From an uncultured Victivallales bacterium (GTDB lineage: Bacteria; Verrucomicrobiota; Kiritimatiellia; UBA8416; JAIOPI01), in contig CAZWQJ010000001.1 of NCBI GenBank assembly GCA_964635825.1, forward strand, positions 12,404 to 76,403: DNA of 64,000 nucleotides. Direction: 5' to 3'. Shown piece by piece: positions 29,325 through 40,700 of the stretch. Both the position numbers and the translations under genes were made by a program. Position 1 is the stretch's first letter, and every line of letters begins with the position of its first letter. Under the pieces are notes generated by a model. The model saw only the letters and a program-made list of their open reading frames with translations. It did not search any database and was not told where the DNA came from.

Positions 29325-31667
29325 TCAGAAGCCCCAGCGTACCCGGTAGAAGCCGCCATGCGTGGCGGCATTGGTGGGCGTCATCGCCAACAACCCATTT
29401 GTTCCGGCCACCGGTTCCGGGCCGGTCAGTGTCTCCCACGAAGCCGTTGGCGCCATTGCCGCCGTGAACTCCACCCAATACCGGCCCACATTCGTCCCCG
29501 GCCAGGCCAACGTTAGTCCGCCGGCACCCCAGTGAAGACCCGCTATCACGGGCGGCGGCGCGGAGACGAGCTCGGCAGCGCCCACGTCCAGTCCTCCGAG
29601 CTGCGGAACCGCGGTGCCGAAAAAATCGCTTGGGCCTGGCGTCAGTCCAAACAGCGCCGCCAGATCCAACCCGGCATCGATGAGCGGCGAGTTCGTCCTC
29701 GGCTGGTAGACCGCAAGCGTCTGCAGCGCCCGCGGGTTGCCGTTTGTTCCGGCGCTGCCCGCCAACGTGAGCAGCGGATCGGCACAGAAGCCCACGTTGG
29801 TGCCGTTGAGCGTCTCCTGTCCTGTTGCCGCACGCCAGGCATCGAGCGATGCGTAGCCGGCGATGCGGTGCGTGGCGCCGCCGGTCCAGTAGCAGTTTCC
29901 CTGAAAGCGCGCCTGCTGAGGCGTCGGCGAGCTCGCGGGCGACTGGGCCCACCACATCAGCGCATTCGTGCCCCCGGCCCAGAACACGTTGTTCCGCAGC
30001 GCGACACCCACCATGTTGCCGATGTAGAACCCAACCACGGGGCTGACGCGGCTGTAGATCGTGTTGCCGTAGACGTGGCTGTTCATCAGGGCCGCCGCGG
30101 CGCCGCCCGAGTAGAAGTGCAGCGCCCCCATCCGTCCGCCATAGGCGTCGTTCTCGCTGATGTTGTAGCGCACGACGTTGTTGGTCCACCAGTGTCCGGC
30201 AACACCATCCGTGTTCAGCAAGTACCCCGCGCCGAAGTTGTCGTGCGCATAACAGTACTGGATCGTCGAGTCGGTGGTGTTCAGGTCCAGGTCGAAGCCG
30301 TCCCCGTCCTGATTCGTGGCCCGTGTGTTGTAGGCCTCGCAGGATTGAATGGTGATCCGCCTGCAGTGGTAGGTCATGAAGCCGACCGGCCCGGCATCCG
30401 CCGGACCCGCGCCTCCATTATCGTGGGCCACGCAGCGCTCGACCACGCCGTCGACGGTGCCGCCAAGCACCAGGCCGAACCCGGACGGGTCGAACCAGGC
30501 GGCGGGATCCCCAGGGTTGTGGCTGAAGACGCTGTCCCGCACGACGATGTTGCTGACCCCTCCAATGGACGTGGCGGAGGTCTCGAAGCCCGCGTGCAGA
30601 TTGTAGTACCCCACGCAGTTCTCCACCCGCACATCGGAGCAGACACTTCCCGCGCCGGCGGCATAGATGTGGAAGCCCTCGCGAAAACCGGACACCGCCA
30701 CATGGCGCAGGGTCAACCCCGCGACCGTCCCGCCGCTGACGCCCGCCGCCACGCCCTCCTGCGTCGTGAACGCCGTCCCCATCCCGACGACGACCAGGTT
30801 CTCCAGCGTGATGTGCCCCACGTTATAGAGCAAAACGCCCGGTTGCTGCGCATTGGTCTGCACGAGGGTCGCCCGATTCGTGGGGTCGGACGTGAGCACC
30901 ACGGGATACCCTGCGGCACCGCCCGTCCCGATGCTGACGTTCTCCCGGAACACCGCGCCCCCCTGCAGATGAATCGTCACCCCCGGCGCCACCGCCTGCG
31001 ACGCCCGCGCCAGCGTCCGCCATGGCTGCCCCAACGTGCCGGCGTTGGTGTCGTTGCCGCTGGAGCTCACGTAGTAATCCACTTGCGAATAGGTGTTGCT
31101 GCCGTCCCCGGAGCCCGGCTCGAGCACAACCTTGTCCAGCGCCAGCGGCCCGACATTGAGCGTGAAGGAAGCCGCCGCGGTCACCGCACTCGCCGGGGCA
31201 TTCGTCCGGAACTGAAACGATTGAAACTGCGGCGACAAGCCGTCGACACTGGGCGCGAACGTGTCCTGCCCCAGTAGCGTTCCCGCCTGGTCGTACCAGC
31301 GGATCCCGGCGCGGAAACCGCTCGCCGGGTAGTCCGCCAGAAACGACAGCGTGTACAGGTGGCCCCCCGCCACGGGGGCACGCGCATCGACGCTCGTTTG
31401 CAGCGAAAGCGGTCCGCCGGCCGCATAGAGATAGCGCGCGCCGTCAATGCCGGTGGCCGGGGACAGCGTGTAGAGCCCGGCGTAGTCGAAGACCCCGCCG
31501 CTCGTGAAGCTGATGGCCCAGCCCGGAATCGGGATCCAGGCGGAGGTTTCGTCCACGTAGCCGTTGGTCGGGGTCTCGAAGCTCGTGTTGACGGTCAGCA
31601 GATTCGCAGCCCTGGCGCCGCTCACCGCGAGTAGCAGCATCAGCAAGACCGTCTTCCCGTTTGTCAT
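29325..31667 (-). CDS. Secreted 780-aa protein: N-terminal CBM-like domain, parallel beta-helix domain, and the FYR C-terminal module.
   Basis: Start MTNGKTVLLMLLLAVSGARA at 31667. The longer ORF to 31823 would overlap the upstream gene's end. Has the CBM-like IRWYDQAG block shared with the SASA proteins. Beta-helix blocks CVAHDNGGAGPADAGPVGFM and IQYCYAHDNFGAGYLL. Tail ...YWVEFTAAMAPTASWETLTGPEP...GGFYRVRWGF. Confidence 0.8.
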   Translation of the reverse strand: MTNGKTVLLMLLLAVSGARAANLLTVNTSFETPTNGYVDETSAWIPIPGWAISFTSGGVFDYAGLYTLSPATGIDGARYLYAAGGPLSLQTSVDARAPVAGGHLYTLSFLADYPASGFRAGIRWYDQAGTLLGQDTFAPSVDGLSPQFQSFQFRTNAPASAVTAAASFTLNVGPLALDKVVLEPGSGDGSNTYSQVDYYVSSSGNDTNAGTLGQPWRTLARASQAVAPGVTIHLQGGAVFRENVSIGTGGAAGYPVVLTSDPTNRATLVQTNAQQPGVLLYNVGHITLENLVVVGMGTAFTTQEGVAAGVSGGTVAGLTLRHVAVSGFREGFHIYAAGAGSVCSDVRVENCVGYYNLHAGFETSATSIGGVSNIVVRDSVFSHNPGDPAAWFDPSGFGLVLGGTVDGVVERCVAHDNGGAGPADAGPVGFMTYHCRRITIQSCEAYNTRATNQDGDGFDLDLNTTDSTIQYCYAHDNFGAGYLLNTDGVAGHWWTNNVVRYNISENDAYGGRMGALHFYSGGAAAALMNSHVYGNTIYSRVSPVVGFYIGNMVGVALRNNVFWAGGTNALMWWAQSPASSPTPQQARFQGNCYWTGGATHRIAGYASLDAWRAATGQETLNGTNVGFCADPLLTLAGSAGTNGNPRALQTLAVYQPRTNSPLIDAGLDLAALFGLTPGPSDFFGTAVPQLGGLDVGAAELVSAPPPVIAGLHWGAGGLTLAWPGTNVGRYWVEFTAAMAPTASWETLTGPEPVAGTNGLLAMTPTNAATHGGFYRVRWGF

Positions 31668-31674
31668 GGAGAGC

Positions 31675-33249
31675 TCACGGCGCACGACCGGTTCGGCCCG
31701 GAACCGCCCCGCGGAATTCCACGGCGCCCATGTCACGACCGCGCAACTGTGGAACCGGCGTGCCAAAGAAGTCGGTGGCGCCGGGATCCACACCGAGGCA
31801 CGTGCGGAGGTTAAGCCCGGCATCGATCACCGGAGAACCACGCTGCGGGTGGACGGCGCTGGGGACTGCCCCGCGGGCCGCTTGCAGCCGAGGATCGGCG
31901 CTGACTCCGAGGCCCTTGCCATCGAGCGTTTCCTGGCCGGTGCCCCGCCGCCAGGCGTTAAGGCTGTCATAGCCGGCGATGGCGCAGGCCCCGCCGCCGG
32001 CCCAATAGGTATTATTCTGAAAGCGCACCTGCGTCGCCGCCGGCGAGCCCTCCAGGACCGGCCTGCCGGCCGCCGTCACGAACACGTTGTTCCCGAGCCA
32101 CAGGTTCTCGATCGTTTCGTACTCGTGGCACCAGACGGCGGGGCTGACGCGGCTCAGGATGGTGTTGTGGTAGACGTGGCTGTCCCGTAGCGGGGCAGAG
32201 CCGGCGGGCGAGTACACATGCAGCCCGCCCATCTTGCCGCCGATGCCGTCGTTCTCGCTGATGCAGTAGCGAAACGTGTTGTTGGTCCATGCGCCGGTCG
32301 TGCCGTCCGTACTCAGCAGGAAGCCCGCGCCGAAGTTGTCGTGCGCATAGCAGTACTGAATCCGCGAGTCGCAGGTGTTCAAGTCGAGATCGAAACCGTC
32401 GCCGTCCATGTGGATGGCCTGGGTCCGATACGCCTCGCAGTGCTGAACGACAATTCGCCGGCTGTTGTAAACCATAAAGCCCACCGGCCCCGCCCGCGCC
32501 GCCCCCTGGCCTCCGTTGTCATGCGCCACGCAGCGCTCGATCAAACCGTCTACGGCATGCGAGAGCGAAACGCCGAACCCGGAGGGGCGAGCCTCCAGCT
32601 CCGGGTCGCCAAGGTTGTAGGCGAAGACGCAGTCGCGCAACACGATGTTGCTGATGCCTCCGACGGCGTCGGCGTACGTTTCGATGCCGGCATTCCGGTT
32701 CTGGCTGGCGGCGCACTTCTCGATCAACACGTCGTCGATCCCGTTCGCGGCGCCCCCCGCGGCGTACAGGTGAAACCCCTGGCGGAATCCCGACACATCG
32801 AGGTTGCGGAACGTCAGCCCGGCATAGCGACCTGCATCGGCGCCGAGGGCGATCCCTTCCTTGTCCGTCGCTCGCGCCCCGCTGCCCACCACCACGAGAT
32901 TCTCGATGATGAGGTGGCCCGCGTTGTAGATCAACAGCCCCGGCTGCGAGGCGTCCGCTTGCCTCACGGTGGCACGCCTGACCGGGTCCGAGGTCAGGGT
33001 GACCGGTCGCCGCACCTCCCCGCCGGTCCCCATGTACACATTCTCGTTGAACGTGGCGCCCGCCTGCAGATGGACCGTGTCTCCCGGAGCGGCGCGGCTC
33101 AGCGCCCCGGAGATGCTTCGCCACGGCCGTCCGGCACTGCCGGTGTTCGAATCGACGCCATCGGGGCTGACGTAGTAGTCAGCACCAACGGCCGGGATCG
33201 CCACGAGCAACAACAACCGTGGAAGCACGTGCTCCATCCAGCTCCCCAT
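31675..33249 (-). CDS. Parallel beta-helix repeat protein (paralog of 5439..7121).
   Basis: Start MGSWMEHVLPRLLLLVAIPAVGADYYVSPDG (signal peptide). Blocks CVAHDNGGQGAARAGPVGFM, DGDGFDLD and IQYCYAHDNFGAGFLL. Confidence 0.75.
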   Translation of the reverse strand: MGSWMEHVLPRLLLLVAIPAVGADYYVSPDGVDSNTGSAGRPWRSISGALSRAAPGDTVHLQAGATFNENVYMGTGGEVRRPVTLTSDPVRRATVRQADASQPGLLIYNAGHLIIENLVVVGSGARATDKEGIALGADAGRYAGLTFRNLDVSGFRQGFHLYAAGGAANGIDDVLIEKCAASQNRNAGIETYADAVGGISNIVLRDCVFAYNLGDPELEARPSGFGVSLSHAVDGLIERCVAHDNGGQGAARAGPVGFMVYNSRRIVVQHCEAYRTQAIHMDGDGFDLDLNTCDSRIQYCYAHDNFGAGFLLSTDGTTGAWTNNTFRYCISENDGIGGKMGGLHVYSPAGSAPLRDSHVYHNTILSRVSPAVWCHEYETIENLWLGNNVFVTAAGRPVLEGSPAATQVRFQNNTYWAGGGACAIAGYDSLNAWRRGTGQETLDGKGLGVSADPRLQAARGAVPSAVHPQRGSPVIDAGLNLRTCLGVDPGATDFFGTPVPQLRGRDMGAVEFRGAVPGRTGRAP

Positions 33250-33397
33250 GCGAACGGCCTCCGTCGCCGGCGACTCTACTTCGCCGTCGCGCTGGCCTGG
33301 TTCGAGTTCGGGCTCTCGCCGCCCGCGTTGACTATGGCCACGTCCTCCCATATCGCCAACAATCCGGGCTCCAGTTTACCGCGCGCGGTCACCCCCT

Positions 33398-33421
33398 GCA
33401 AAACGATCACTGTGGTATCAC
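33398..33421 (-). promoter_or_regulatory. Conserved upstream element, copy 2: CAAAACGATCACTGTGGTATCAC.
   Basis: Lies immediately after the stop of 33424..34716 and ~150 nt upstream of the beta-helix gene start (33249). Shares the extended flank ACCCCCTgCAAAAC with copy 3. Confidence 0.55.
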
Positions 33422-33423
33422 AT

Positions 33424-34716
33424 TCAGGGTATTGGCTGAATCCGGATGGTGTGGGTGACGGGAACGAAGGCGCGGCGGATCTGCGCAAGAAGCTCCGCAC
33501 GCCGGGCCTCGGCTTCCGCCAGTCCGGCGGCAGCGTCCTTCTGTTCCCGCTCCCAGCCGTGCCAAACCTCATGCGCTTCGATGGCTTGCTTCTGGGCGAT
33601 CAGATCCTCGACCCGATGGAAGACGGCCGAGAACGGGTTCTGATGGAAATCCGCGGCCAGGTTGACGCCCCGCTCCAGTTGCTCGCGCGTGTAGACGTGC
33701 CACTCTTCGAGCATGGCCGAGTGGTTCATCCAGTCGATCCGGTAACGCGGGGCCGTGGCGCCGGTCACCTTGAGGATCAGGCGGTTCAAGTCCCGGTCGA
33801 ACGGCACCAGCGTCAGGCCGGAGCGCACGGACCAGTCCTTGTCGGGCACGCCGCGTGCGCAGAAGGGGTACCGCGTGCTCACGAACCCATAGACGTCTTC
33901 CCTCGCAATGGGTGTGAAGGCGTGCCCCCCCTCACCGGTCCCCGTCCTGGCGGCCAGATCGATCGTCAGCGACCCCAGGTTTCCGTCGAACCCGAGTGTG
34001 CGCAGCCATCCATGCGCCAGCACCACGTGCCCGGCCCAGGACGGATGGACGCCATCGTCGAGGCCGCACACCGCGTAGTCGCGCCCGTAGCGGTGCTCGG
34101 ACTCCAGCCGCGCGCGGTACAGGTTCCAGAAGTGGTCGCAGAACGGCAGCCCCTGCGCCTGCGCCAGCGCGGCGGCCTCGTTGCGGATCGCGAGCAGGGT
34201 GCCGTTGATGCCGTCCAGCGTGCACCCGCACTCGGCGATGAACGGCCACGGCGGGAGCCGGCCGATGCAGGTCACGGAACCCATCACGACGCGCGCGCCG
34301 GCGGCCTGTAGGTTCTGCACCACCACCGCCATGGCCGTGCGGAACCGCTCGACCGCCGCCGTGTTGTGATTCAGATAGCCGGAATCGTTCATGCCGTAAC
34401 CCAGCGTGGCCACGGTGGGACGGTAATTCAGGCATTCCGTCTCGATTCGCTTCAAGAAGCCCTCGGCGGTCTCCCCGCACTTGCCGATGTTGCGAACCTC
34501 CACGTTGAGCTCGGGCGCGCAGACGGCCAGATACGTTTCGAGCATCAGCGCATAGCGCCGCGCCTCGGTGATGGAGGCTCCGACCAGCAGCAACCGATCG
34601 CCCCGCTGAAGCGCAAAGGGCTCTTGCGGCGGAAGCAGCACTTCAGGGTGGAACTGCGCGAAGAAGGCATCGTGCAGCCTGGCGTCGTCGGCGGGTGAAT
34701 TCGTCACGTCATTCAT
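33424..34716 (-). CDS. SGNH/GDSL-family hydrolase (acetylesterase-like). No signal peptide.
   Basis: Block I LLLVGASITE (a GDS-type motif) and block III GYGMNDSG. 430 aa with a C-terminal extension. Confidence 0.7.
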   Translation of the reverse strand: MNDVTNSPADDARLHDAFFAQFHPEVLLPPQEPFALQRGDRLLLVGASITEARRYALMLETYLAVCAPELNVEVRNIGKCGETAEGFLKRIETECLNYRPTVATLGYGMNDSGYLNHNTAAVERFRTAMAVVVQNLQAAGARVVMGSVTCIGRLPPWPFIAECGCTLDGINGTLLAIRNEAAALAQAQGLPFCDHFWNLYRARLESEHRYGRDYAVCGLDDGVHPSWAGHVVLAHGWLRTLGFDGNLGSLTIDLAARTGTGEGGHAFTPIAREDVYGFVSTRYPFCARGVPDKDWSVRSGLTLVPFDRDLNRLILKVTGATAPRYRIDWMNHSAMLEEWHVYTREQLERGVNLAADFHQNPFSAVFHRVEDLIAQKQAIEAHEVWHGWEREQKDAAAGLAEAEARRAELLAQIRRAFVPVTHTIRIQPIP

Positions 34717-34743
34717 TAAGCGGGCCTTTCCCCATCACACCTC

Positions 34744-35448
34744 TCATGCTGTCTGCCGCGCCACGGCCTCCAGCACCGTCACAGCCTCCAGCCAGGCGCG
34801 CTGGCCGGCAATCCAATCGATCAGGCGCTGGTGTTCGGCGGCCTCCATGAAGTTGTTGTGCGTGCCGGCGCCGACACCGTGCCCTGCCGCCACGATCCAG
34901 GAGCCAGCTCGCTCGCGCATGCCGACCAGGATGGGAATGAGGTCGTCGGCGCGCCGGCCATCCATGATCAGCGCCGGCACGACAAACGGCGCCGGGCCCG
35001 TCAGCGGGATGCGCGTATGTCCCGCCCGCACCACCGTGAACAGGTCGCGGACATCCTCCAGGAACGACACCCCCTCCCCAGGCCCGCACGTGGTGTCCCC
35101 GCAGGTTGCCCCGTAGCTGCGTTCCGTGCGGCCATCGATCAGGTGCAGGACGCGGTTCGCCATCAGCAACTCGTCGCGAACGCGGGCGCGGTCGTACTCC
35201 TCCAGTCGATACGGCGGCTTCCAATCCCATTGCGGCCGGGTGCGGCAGGGATGCCAGCAGGAGTGGTTCCCCAGCTCGTGGCCCGCCGCCGCAACGGCGC
35301 GCCAGCCTTCAAGCCATTGGTGCAGATCATCACGCGCGGCGGGCACGTAGAACGTCCCACGTATGCCGCGCTCCGCCAACGCCGGGGCCACCAGCTCCCG
35401 GTGCACCGGCAAGGCGTCATCGTAGGTCAGACAGATCAGAGCCTTCAT
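34744..35448 (-). CDS. Polysaccharide deacetylase (CE4 NodB-fold). No signal peptide.
   Basis: MKALICLTYDDA (TFDDG-type motif 1) and GHELGNHSCWH (motif 2). ATG at 35448 overlaps the upstream stop (ATGA). Confidence 0.8.
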   Translation of the reverse strand: MKALICLTYDDALPVHRELVAPALAERGIRGTFYVPAARDDLHQWLEGWRAVAAAGHELGNHSCWHPCRTRPQWDWKPPYRLEEYDRARVRDELLMANRVLHLIDGRTERSYGATCGDTTCGPGEGVSFLEDVRDLFTVVRAGHTRIPLTGPAPFVVPALIMDGRRADDLIPILVGMRERAGSWIVAAGHGVGAGTHNNFMEAAEHQRLIDWIAGQRAWLEAVTVLEAVARQTA

Positions 35449-36830
35449 AGCGGCTCCAACGCACCCGCGGCACCGACCACCGGCTGGTCGGCGCATGGCT
35501 CGCCGGGGTCGGCGAAGTGCTGCCCGTCGCCCCGCACGCGGGCGTTAAAGGCATCGAACGATGTGACGACCTGGCCGTCGAAATCGAAGCGGGCTTCACC
35601 GCCCGCACGCCAGAATTGGTTGTTCTGAAAGCGATTCTCCTGGACCGCGGATTCCCATTTGACGAGGGGCGTGTCGTCCAAGGCGTCGACAACAAAGAGG
35701 TTGTTGGCGATGTGGTTGCCGCGGTTCTCATCCACAAACCGGAGACTCGCCCCTCCTCGCCGCGTGATCACCGTGTTGTTGTGGACCTTGAAATTCGAGG
35801 CCTGCCAGAACTCGATGCCGCCGTAGCCGTTGGCCAGGCCGTCGTTGATCGACACGTTGAATCGTCCGATGTTGCCTTCGCACGGGAACTGCTCCGGGTT
35901 CCAGGTGCAGAACAGGAACCCCGCCCCGGCGTTGTCGTGGGCGTAGTTGTACTGCAGCGTGCAGTCCTTGCACCCGCCATCGATGTCAAACCCGCCGCCA
36001 TCCTTGTTGCGCCCGCCGGTTTGGTTTTGAAAAGACTCGCAATGCTGGATGACCACATTGCGCGCGAAGCAGACCCAGATTCCAACGGGCGAGTGATCGA
36101 TCGTGGGATCCGGGCTCACGCCCAGGCCGGTGCGCCACGCCCTGCAGTACTCCACGACCCCGTTGTTTGAGCAGAACGGAACGACGCCATCGCCGCCGAT
36201 GTCGTGAACCTGGCACCGTGCAATCCGGAAGCGCTCGAAGTAGGCCGTGCGGTCGCCCGCGCCGCCGTCGGCGTCAAATTGGATGCCGCAACTGCTGTCG
36301 TGGACTACGCAATTCTCGATGACGGAGTCGAAGTAGACGGCGTGGGGCGGTCCCTCGGCATGGAGGAAGATCCCCGGTCCGCTGGTGTCATGGATCAGGC
36401 AGTCCGCGATGCACAGGCGCTCGCATGCATCCGCCTGGCTGACATGGATTCCACAGGTCCCGCCCTTGATACGGCGGTTCGGGTTCTTGTGGTTCGTACT
36501 GGTGAGTTCCAGTCCGGATATCCGCCACTGGCTGATGGACGACGCGGCGCTAATCGCATGGTTCTCCAGCCCGTGGATGATCGGCCTTGATCCTTGCGCA
36601 TAGGTCGCCAGCATGATCGGCGCCGCGACGGACCCCCGCCCCCGCAACGTCAGGCCGCCATGAAAGACCGATCCGCGCTTCAGCAGAAGTTGGTCTCCGG
36701 GGCCGTACTCCCGCACCGACGCTCTCTGCAGCGTTTTCCATGCACGTTCGGGCGAACAGCCGTCCTCGGAGTCCGAGCCCGCTTCCGCATCCACGTAGTA
36801 CGCCTTCGCCGGCGCAACCGCTGCGGTCAT
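35445..36830 (-). CDS. Parallel beta-helix repeat protein (cytoplasmic paralog).
   Basis: Start MTAAVAPAKAYYVDAEAGSD at 36830, forming an ATGA overlap with the upstream SGNH gene stop. Repeated beta-helix rungs (CVVHDSSCGIQFDADGG, YNYAHDNAGAGFLF). The longer ORF to 37511 is an artefact. Confidence 0.75.
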   Translation of the reverse strand: MTAAVAPAKAYYVDAEAGSDSEDGCSPERAWKTLQRASVREYGPGDQLLLKRGSVFHGGLTLRGRGSVAAPIMLATYAQGSRPIIHGLENHAISAASSISQWRISGLELTSTNHKNPNRRIKGGTCGIHVSQADACERLCIADCLIHDTSGPGIFLHAEGPPHAVYFDSVIENCVVHDSSCGIQFDADGGAGDRTAYFERFRIARCQVHDIGGDGVVPFCSNNGVVEYCRAWRTGLGVSPDPTIDHSPVGIWVCFARNVVIQHCESFQNQTGGRNKDGGGFDIDGGCKDCTLQYNYAHDNAGAGFLFCTWNPEQFPCEGNIGRFNVSINDGLANGYGGIEFWQASNFKVHNNTVITRRGGASLRFVDENRGNHIANNLFVVDALDDTPLVKWESAVQENRFQNNQFWRAGGEARFDFDGQVVTSFDAFNARVRGDGQHFADPGEPCADQPVVGAAGALEPL

Positions 36831-37732
36831 GACGCCGGCCTCTCCGACGTGCGCGCGGAGGGCGCGGCGGCGGTTCGTTGACTCACCGCGTGGGCGGTCT
36901 CGCGCAACAAGGCGGCATAGCCGGCATCCACGCCGGCCGGGACGAACGTCACCGCCCGCGCGTCCTGCCCGGTCAGGACGTCGAACCAGACGCAGCCGGT
37001 CAGATAGCATCCGGCGGCATTGAGGTGGTTGGTGTCGAGGCGCAATTCCGGGATGCCGTCGGCGCTGTCGTTGAAGATCCAGTACCAGCCGATGGAGAGC
37101 GAGTGTTCCTGCTTCGGCAGCGCCGGCGCTTCCGCATGCTGGTAGTCGAAGTCCGGGTCCGGCCACGCGAACGTCCGCCCTGGAAGCCGCCGGACCGCCT
37201 GGATCGCCTCCCCGGTCGGGATCACCCGGCAGCCCAGTTCGGTGGCAAAATGTGCGAAGTTGGCCTCGATGCGTGCGAACATGGACTCCGAGGTCAGGCC
37301 ATTGTCGATCAGGTAGGAGGCGTCCTCCCGGTAGGCCCACGTCTGGTGCAGCACCACCTCCGCCTGTGGTGCCCGCTCCCGCACGAGCCCGTGCAAGAGC
37401 CCGAGGTACGGCTGATAGCTTTCCCGCCGCGGCGCCACGAGACTGGCATGATTGATGGTGACGAAATCCCAGGGTACCGCCACCAGGGCGTCCTGCAGAT
37501 TCACCATGCACGGCCCGCCATCCGCGTTCACGCGCAGCATGTAGATCTTCTGTTCCGGATGCTTGCGCGTGTACTCGGCAAGATTCCAGTGCTTCTTCAG
37601 CGAGCAGCCTCCGAGGTTCGCGCGGCCGATTTCGAAACGCACGTGCCCCTCGCTCGCGGCGATGTCGCTCAGATAGGTCAGCGGGGTGTCGGCAAGGCTG
37701 TTGCCGATCGTAAGCAGGCGGATGGTCTTCAT
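36827..37732 (-). CDS. SGNH-like hydrolase of the DUF4886 type. No signal peptide.
   Basis: Starts MKTIRLLTIGNSLADTPLTYLSD, the IGNS(F/L) block typical of this SGNH-related family. 301 aa. Real start at 37732 inside the 455-aa ORF. Confidence 0.65.
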   Translation of the reverse strand: MKTIRLLTIGNSLADTPLTYLSDIAASEGHVRFEIGRANLGGCSLKKHWNLAEYTRKHPEQKIYMLRVNADGGPCMVNLQDALVAVPWDFVTINHASLVAPRRESYQPYLGLLHGLVRERAPQAEVVLHQTWAYREDASYLIDNGLTSESMFARIEANFAHFATELGCRVIPTGEAIQAVRRLPGRTFAWPDPDFDYQHAEAPALPKQEHSLSIGWYWIFNDSADGIPELRLDTNHLNAAGCYLTGCVWFDVLTGQDARAVTFVPAGVDAGYAALLRETAHAVSQRTAAAPSARTSERPAS

Positions 37733-37772
37733 GCGGGTCCCCGTTGGGTGTGGTTCTGTCGGGTCGGGTTCT

Positions 37773-40700
37773 TCAGCATTCCAACTCCTCCCCGGCCCGC
37801 AGCGGGCGCAGCCACAGACGGAAGCGATAGCAGCTGGGGGGCAGGCGGTATTCGGGATGCACATTGCGGCTCCAGCCCGTGTCGCCGCCAACGCCCATGT
37901 GAAAGCCATCGAGATGCAGCTCGGTCTCGTCGCGCAACCGCAGATCCGCAAGGTTCGGGCAGGCAGCCAGATCCTCCGTCCGTACCGGGAGCGCCGAACA
38001 GTGCAGGAACGGCTCGCCCTGGAAGAGAAGCCCGCCAGCCGCGCCCGTGAGCGCGCCGCGCCGCACGTCGCAGCGCAGCCCGCACTCCTGGGGATAGACA
38101 TAGGGGGTGAGCAGGTCGCGCACATGCGCGCGATGCAGGCCGACAAGCGCGCTCTCCCCACGATCCGGGTAGTTCTCGTGCGGCCCTCGGCCATACCAGA
38201 TCAGCTCACGGTTGGCGGAATGGAGTGAACATACCAACCCCACTCGTGGGAACGATTCAACCGGCGCCGCAACCTCCATCCGGACGTCGCCGATCATCCA
38301 TCCATCGCCGCCGATGGTCCATTCCTGCCAGACCTGCACGCGTGCCGCGCAGCCGTTGCGCTCCAATGCGCCTTCAACCCGTACCCGGGCATGAGCAGAA
38401 TCGATGCGATCAACGGCAACCCGCCCCGGCGTCCACACCAGCCGGTCGAGCCCGCAAGCCGCCCAGTCCCAGGCATACCCGAAATCTCCCTCCGCCCGGT
38501 CGATGTCGGTCGGGGCCCGCATCACGGTCGGCAACAGCGGCCGCGACAAAAGCGCCCGGCCCTCGATCGTCAGTTGGGAGACGCCACCGCATGCCGGATC
38601 GACGAGGACGCTGGAACCTGCGCCGTCGAACCGCCAGGCTCCATCAACCATGGACATCGACAACGGTGTTGTCGCCGACGGCGTGACGTCGCGGGGGGCT
38701 GGGATGACCGGGTACGCGAACTGTTCCCGGCACAACTCATGACCGGCATCGGCCCAGTCCGTGGCGGCCGCGAGCACGAAGCCCACATCCAGAAAGCGTT
38801 CGGCACCGGTCGCCGGCGGTCGTGTGGGCAGCGGCAGCACGACCTCGCCTTCTTCGCCGGGCCCGAGGTCCGGCAGCGCGCAATGCCCCTCGGCAAGCAG
38901 GCGGCCCTCTTCGTGGACGCTCCAGCGGCACTGCAAATGGGAAAGGCGCAGGAACTGGTGCCGGTTCTGAACCCGGATCTGCCCGGCGGCCAGTCCCTCC
39001 TCCGCGGCCATCGCACGCACCGGGGACTGCTGTTGCTTGAGCTCCCACGCGCCGGGATGCGGAACGAGGTCCGGCCCCACGACGCCGTTCAGGCACATGC
39101 GTTCCACGCCGGCCTGCTCCCAACGCGGCTCGCCGTATCGCCAACGCACGCCGTTGATCGCGGTGGGCTCGTCGCATTCGAGCGCCTTGTCGCGCCAATC
39201 CCAGACGAAGCCCCCCTGGAATCGCGGGTGGGCCTGTATCCGGTCCCAGTACTTGCAGGCGTTGCCGGTCGAGTTGCCCTTGGCATAGGCGTACTCGCAC
39301 AGGATTAACGGCCGGTTGTCGCCGGCGTCTGCCAGAAACTCGTCGATCCAGGCAAAGGACGGATACATCGGGGCCACGATATCGCTGACAAAGGCGGGCG
39401 GGCGCCCGTTCTCGTATTGCACGGGCCGCGTGGGATCGCAGGCCCGGACCCAGTTCGCCATCGCCGCGTGGCTCGGCCCCCAGTGGGACTCGTTGCCGAG
39501 GGACCAGCCGATGACACACGGGTGGTTGCGGTCGCGCAGGACCATCCGTATCGCGCGCTCGAGATAGGCCGGCGCCCACAGCGGATCGCGCGAGGTCAAC
39601 GCCTCGATCCCATGCGTCTCCAGATTCGCTTCGTCGAGCACATACATTCCCAACTCGTCGCACAGATCGTACCACTCCTCCGCATCCGGATAGTGACAGG
39701 TGCGCACCGCATTGAAGTTCAGGCGCTTCATCGCCACCAGATCCTCGCGCATGTCTTCACGCGTCACGGCACGCCCGCGCCGCGGATGGAATTCGTGGCG
39801 GTTGACGCCGCGCACGACAAGCCGCTCGCCGTTGATCCGCACCACCCCGTCGACAATCTCGATCTGGCGGATGCCGAACGAGGTCCGCTCCCAGTCCATG
39901 GCCAGGCCATCCGGGTTACGCAGTTCCAGCAGCAGCGTGTACAGGTTCGGCGTCTCGGCCGTCCACGCCAGCGCGTCCGGCACCACCAGTTCCGCGGCGG
40001 CGCTGAACGCCTCCTCATGCAGGCGCGGATCCGCTTCTCCATACATCGGGCTGCGCGTGGCGATGTCCGCCACGGCGGTGGCGACGTCCTCACCGTCGGG
40101 GGTCACAAGGGTCATGGCCACCCGCCAACCTTCCGCCGCGGGGAAGATGACCTGGCCGTTCTCGCGCATGCCGGCCGGCCCGGGCATCCGGTTCGTCCAG
40201 GCGCGCACCAGAACCGAGGCGGCGCGCGAGGTCCTGTCGAGCCGCGTCTGCACCGACCAGTCGCGCAGGTGCACCTCCGGCTTGGCAAACAGGCGCACGC
40301 TGCGCTGGATGCCCGACAGGTGCCAGTAGTCCTGCTTCTCCAGGTAGGCGGAGGCACCCCAACGGCACACCTTGACGGCAAGCAGATTCGTCCCCGGCTC
40401 CACAACATCGGTGATCTCGAAGGCGGCGGGGAGCTTGCTGTCGGTCGACCAGCCGATCTCGTGACCATTCACCCAGAACTGAAACGCGGAATCGACCGAG
40501 CCGAACTCGATGAAGATCCGACGCCCCCACCACGCCGGCGGAATCGCGAACGCGGTGCGATAGCATCCGGTCGGGTTTTCGGCAGGCGCCCGCGGCGGAT
40601 CGGCCGGGAACGGATAGGCCTTGTTGCAGTAAAGCGCCTCGCCATGCCCATGGAGTTCCCAGTTGGCCGGAACCGGAATTCGCGCCCAGCTCGCACTGTC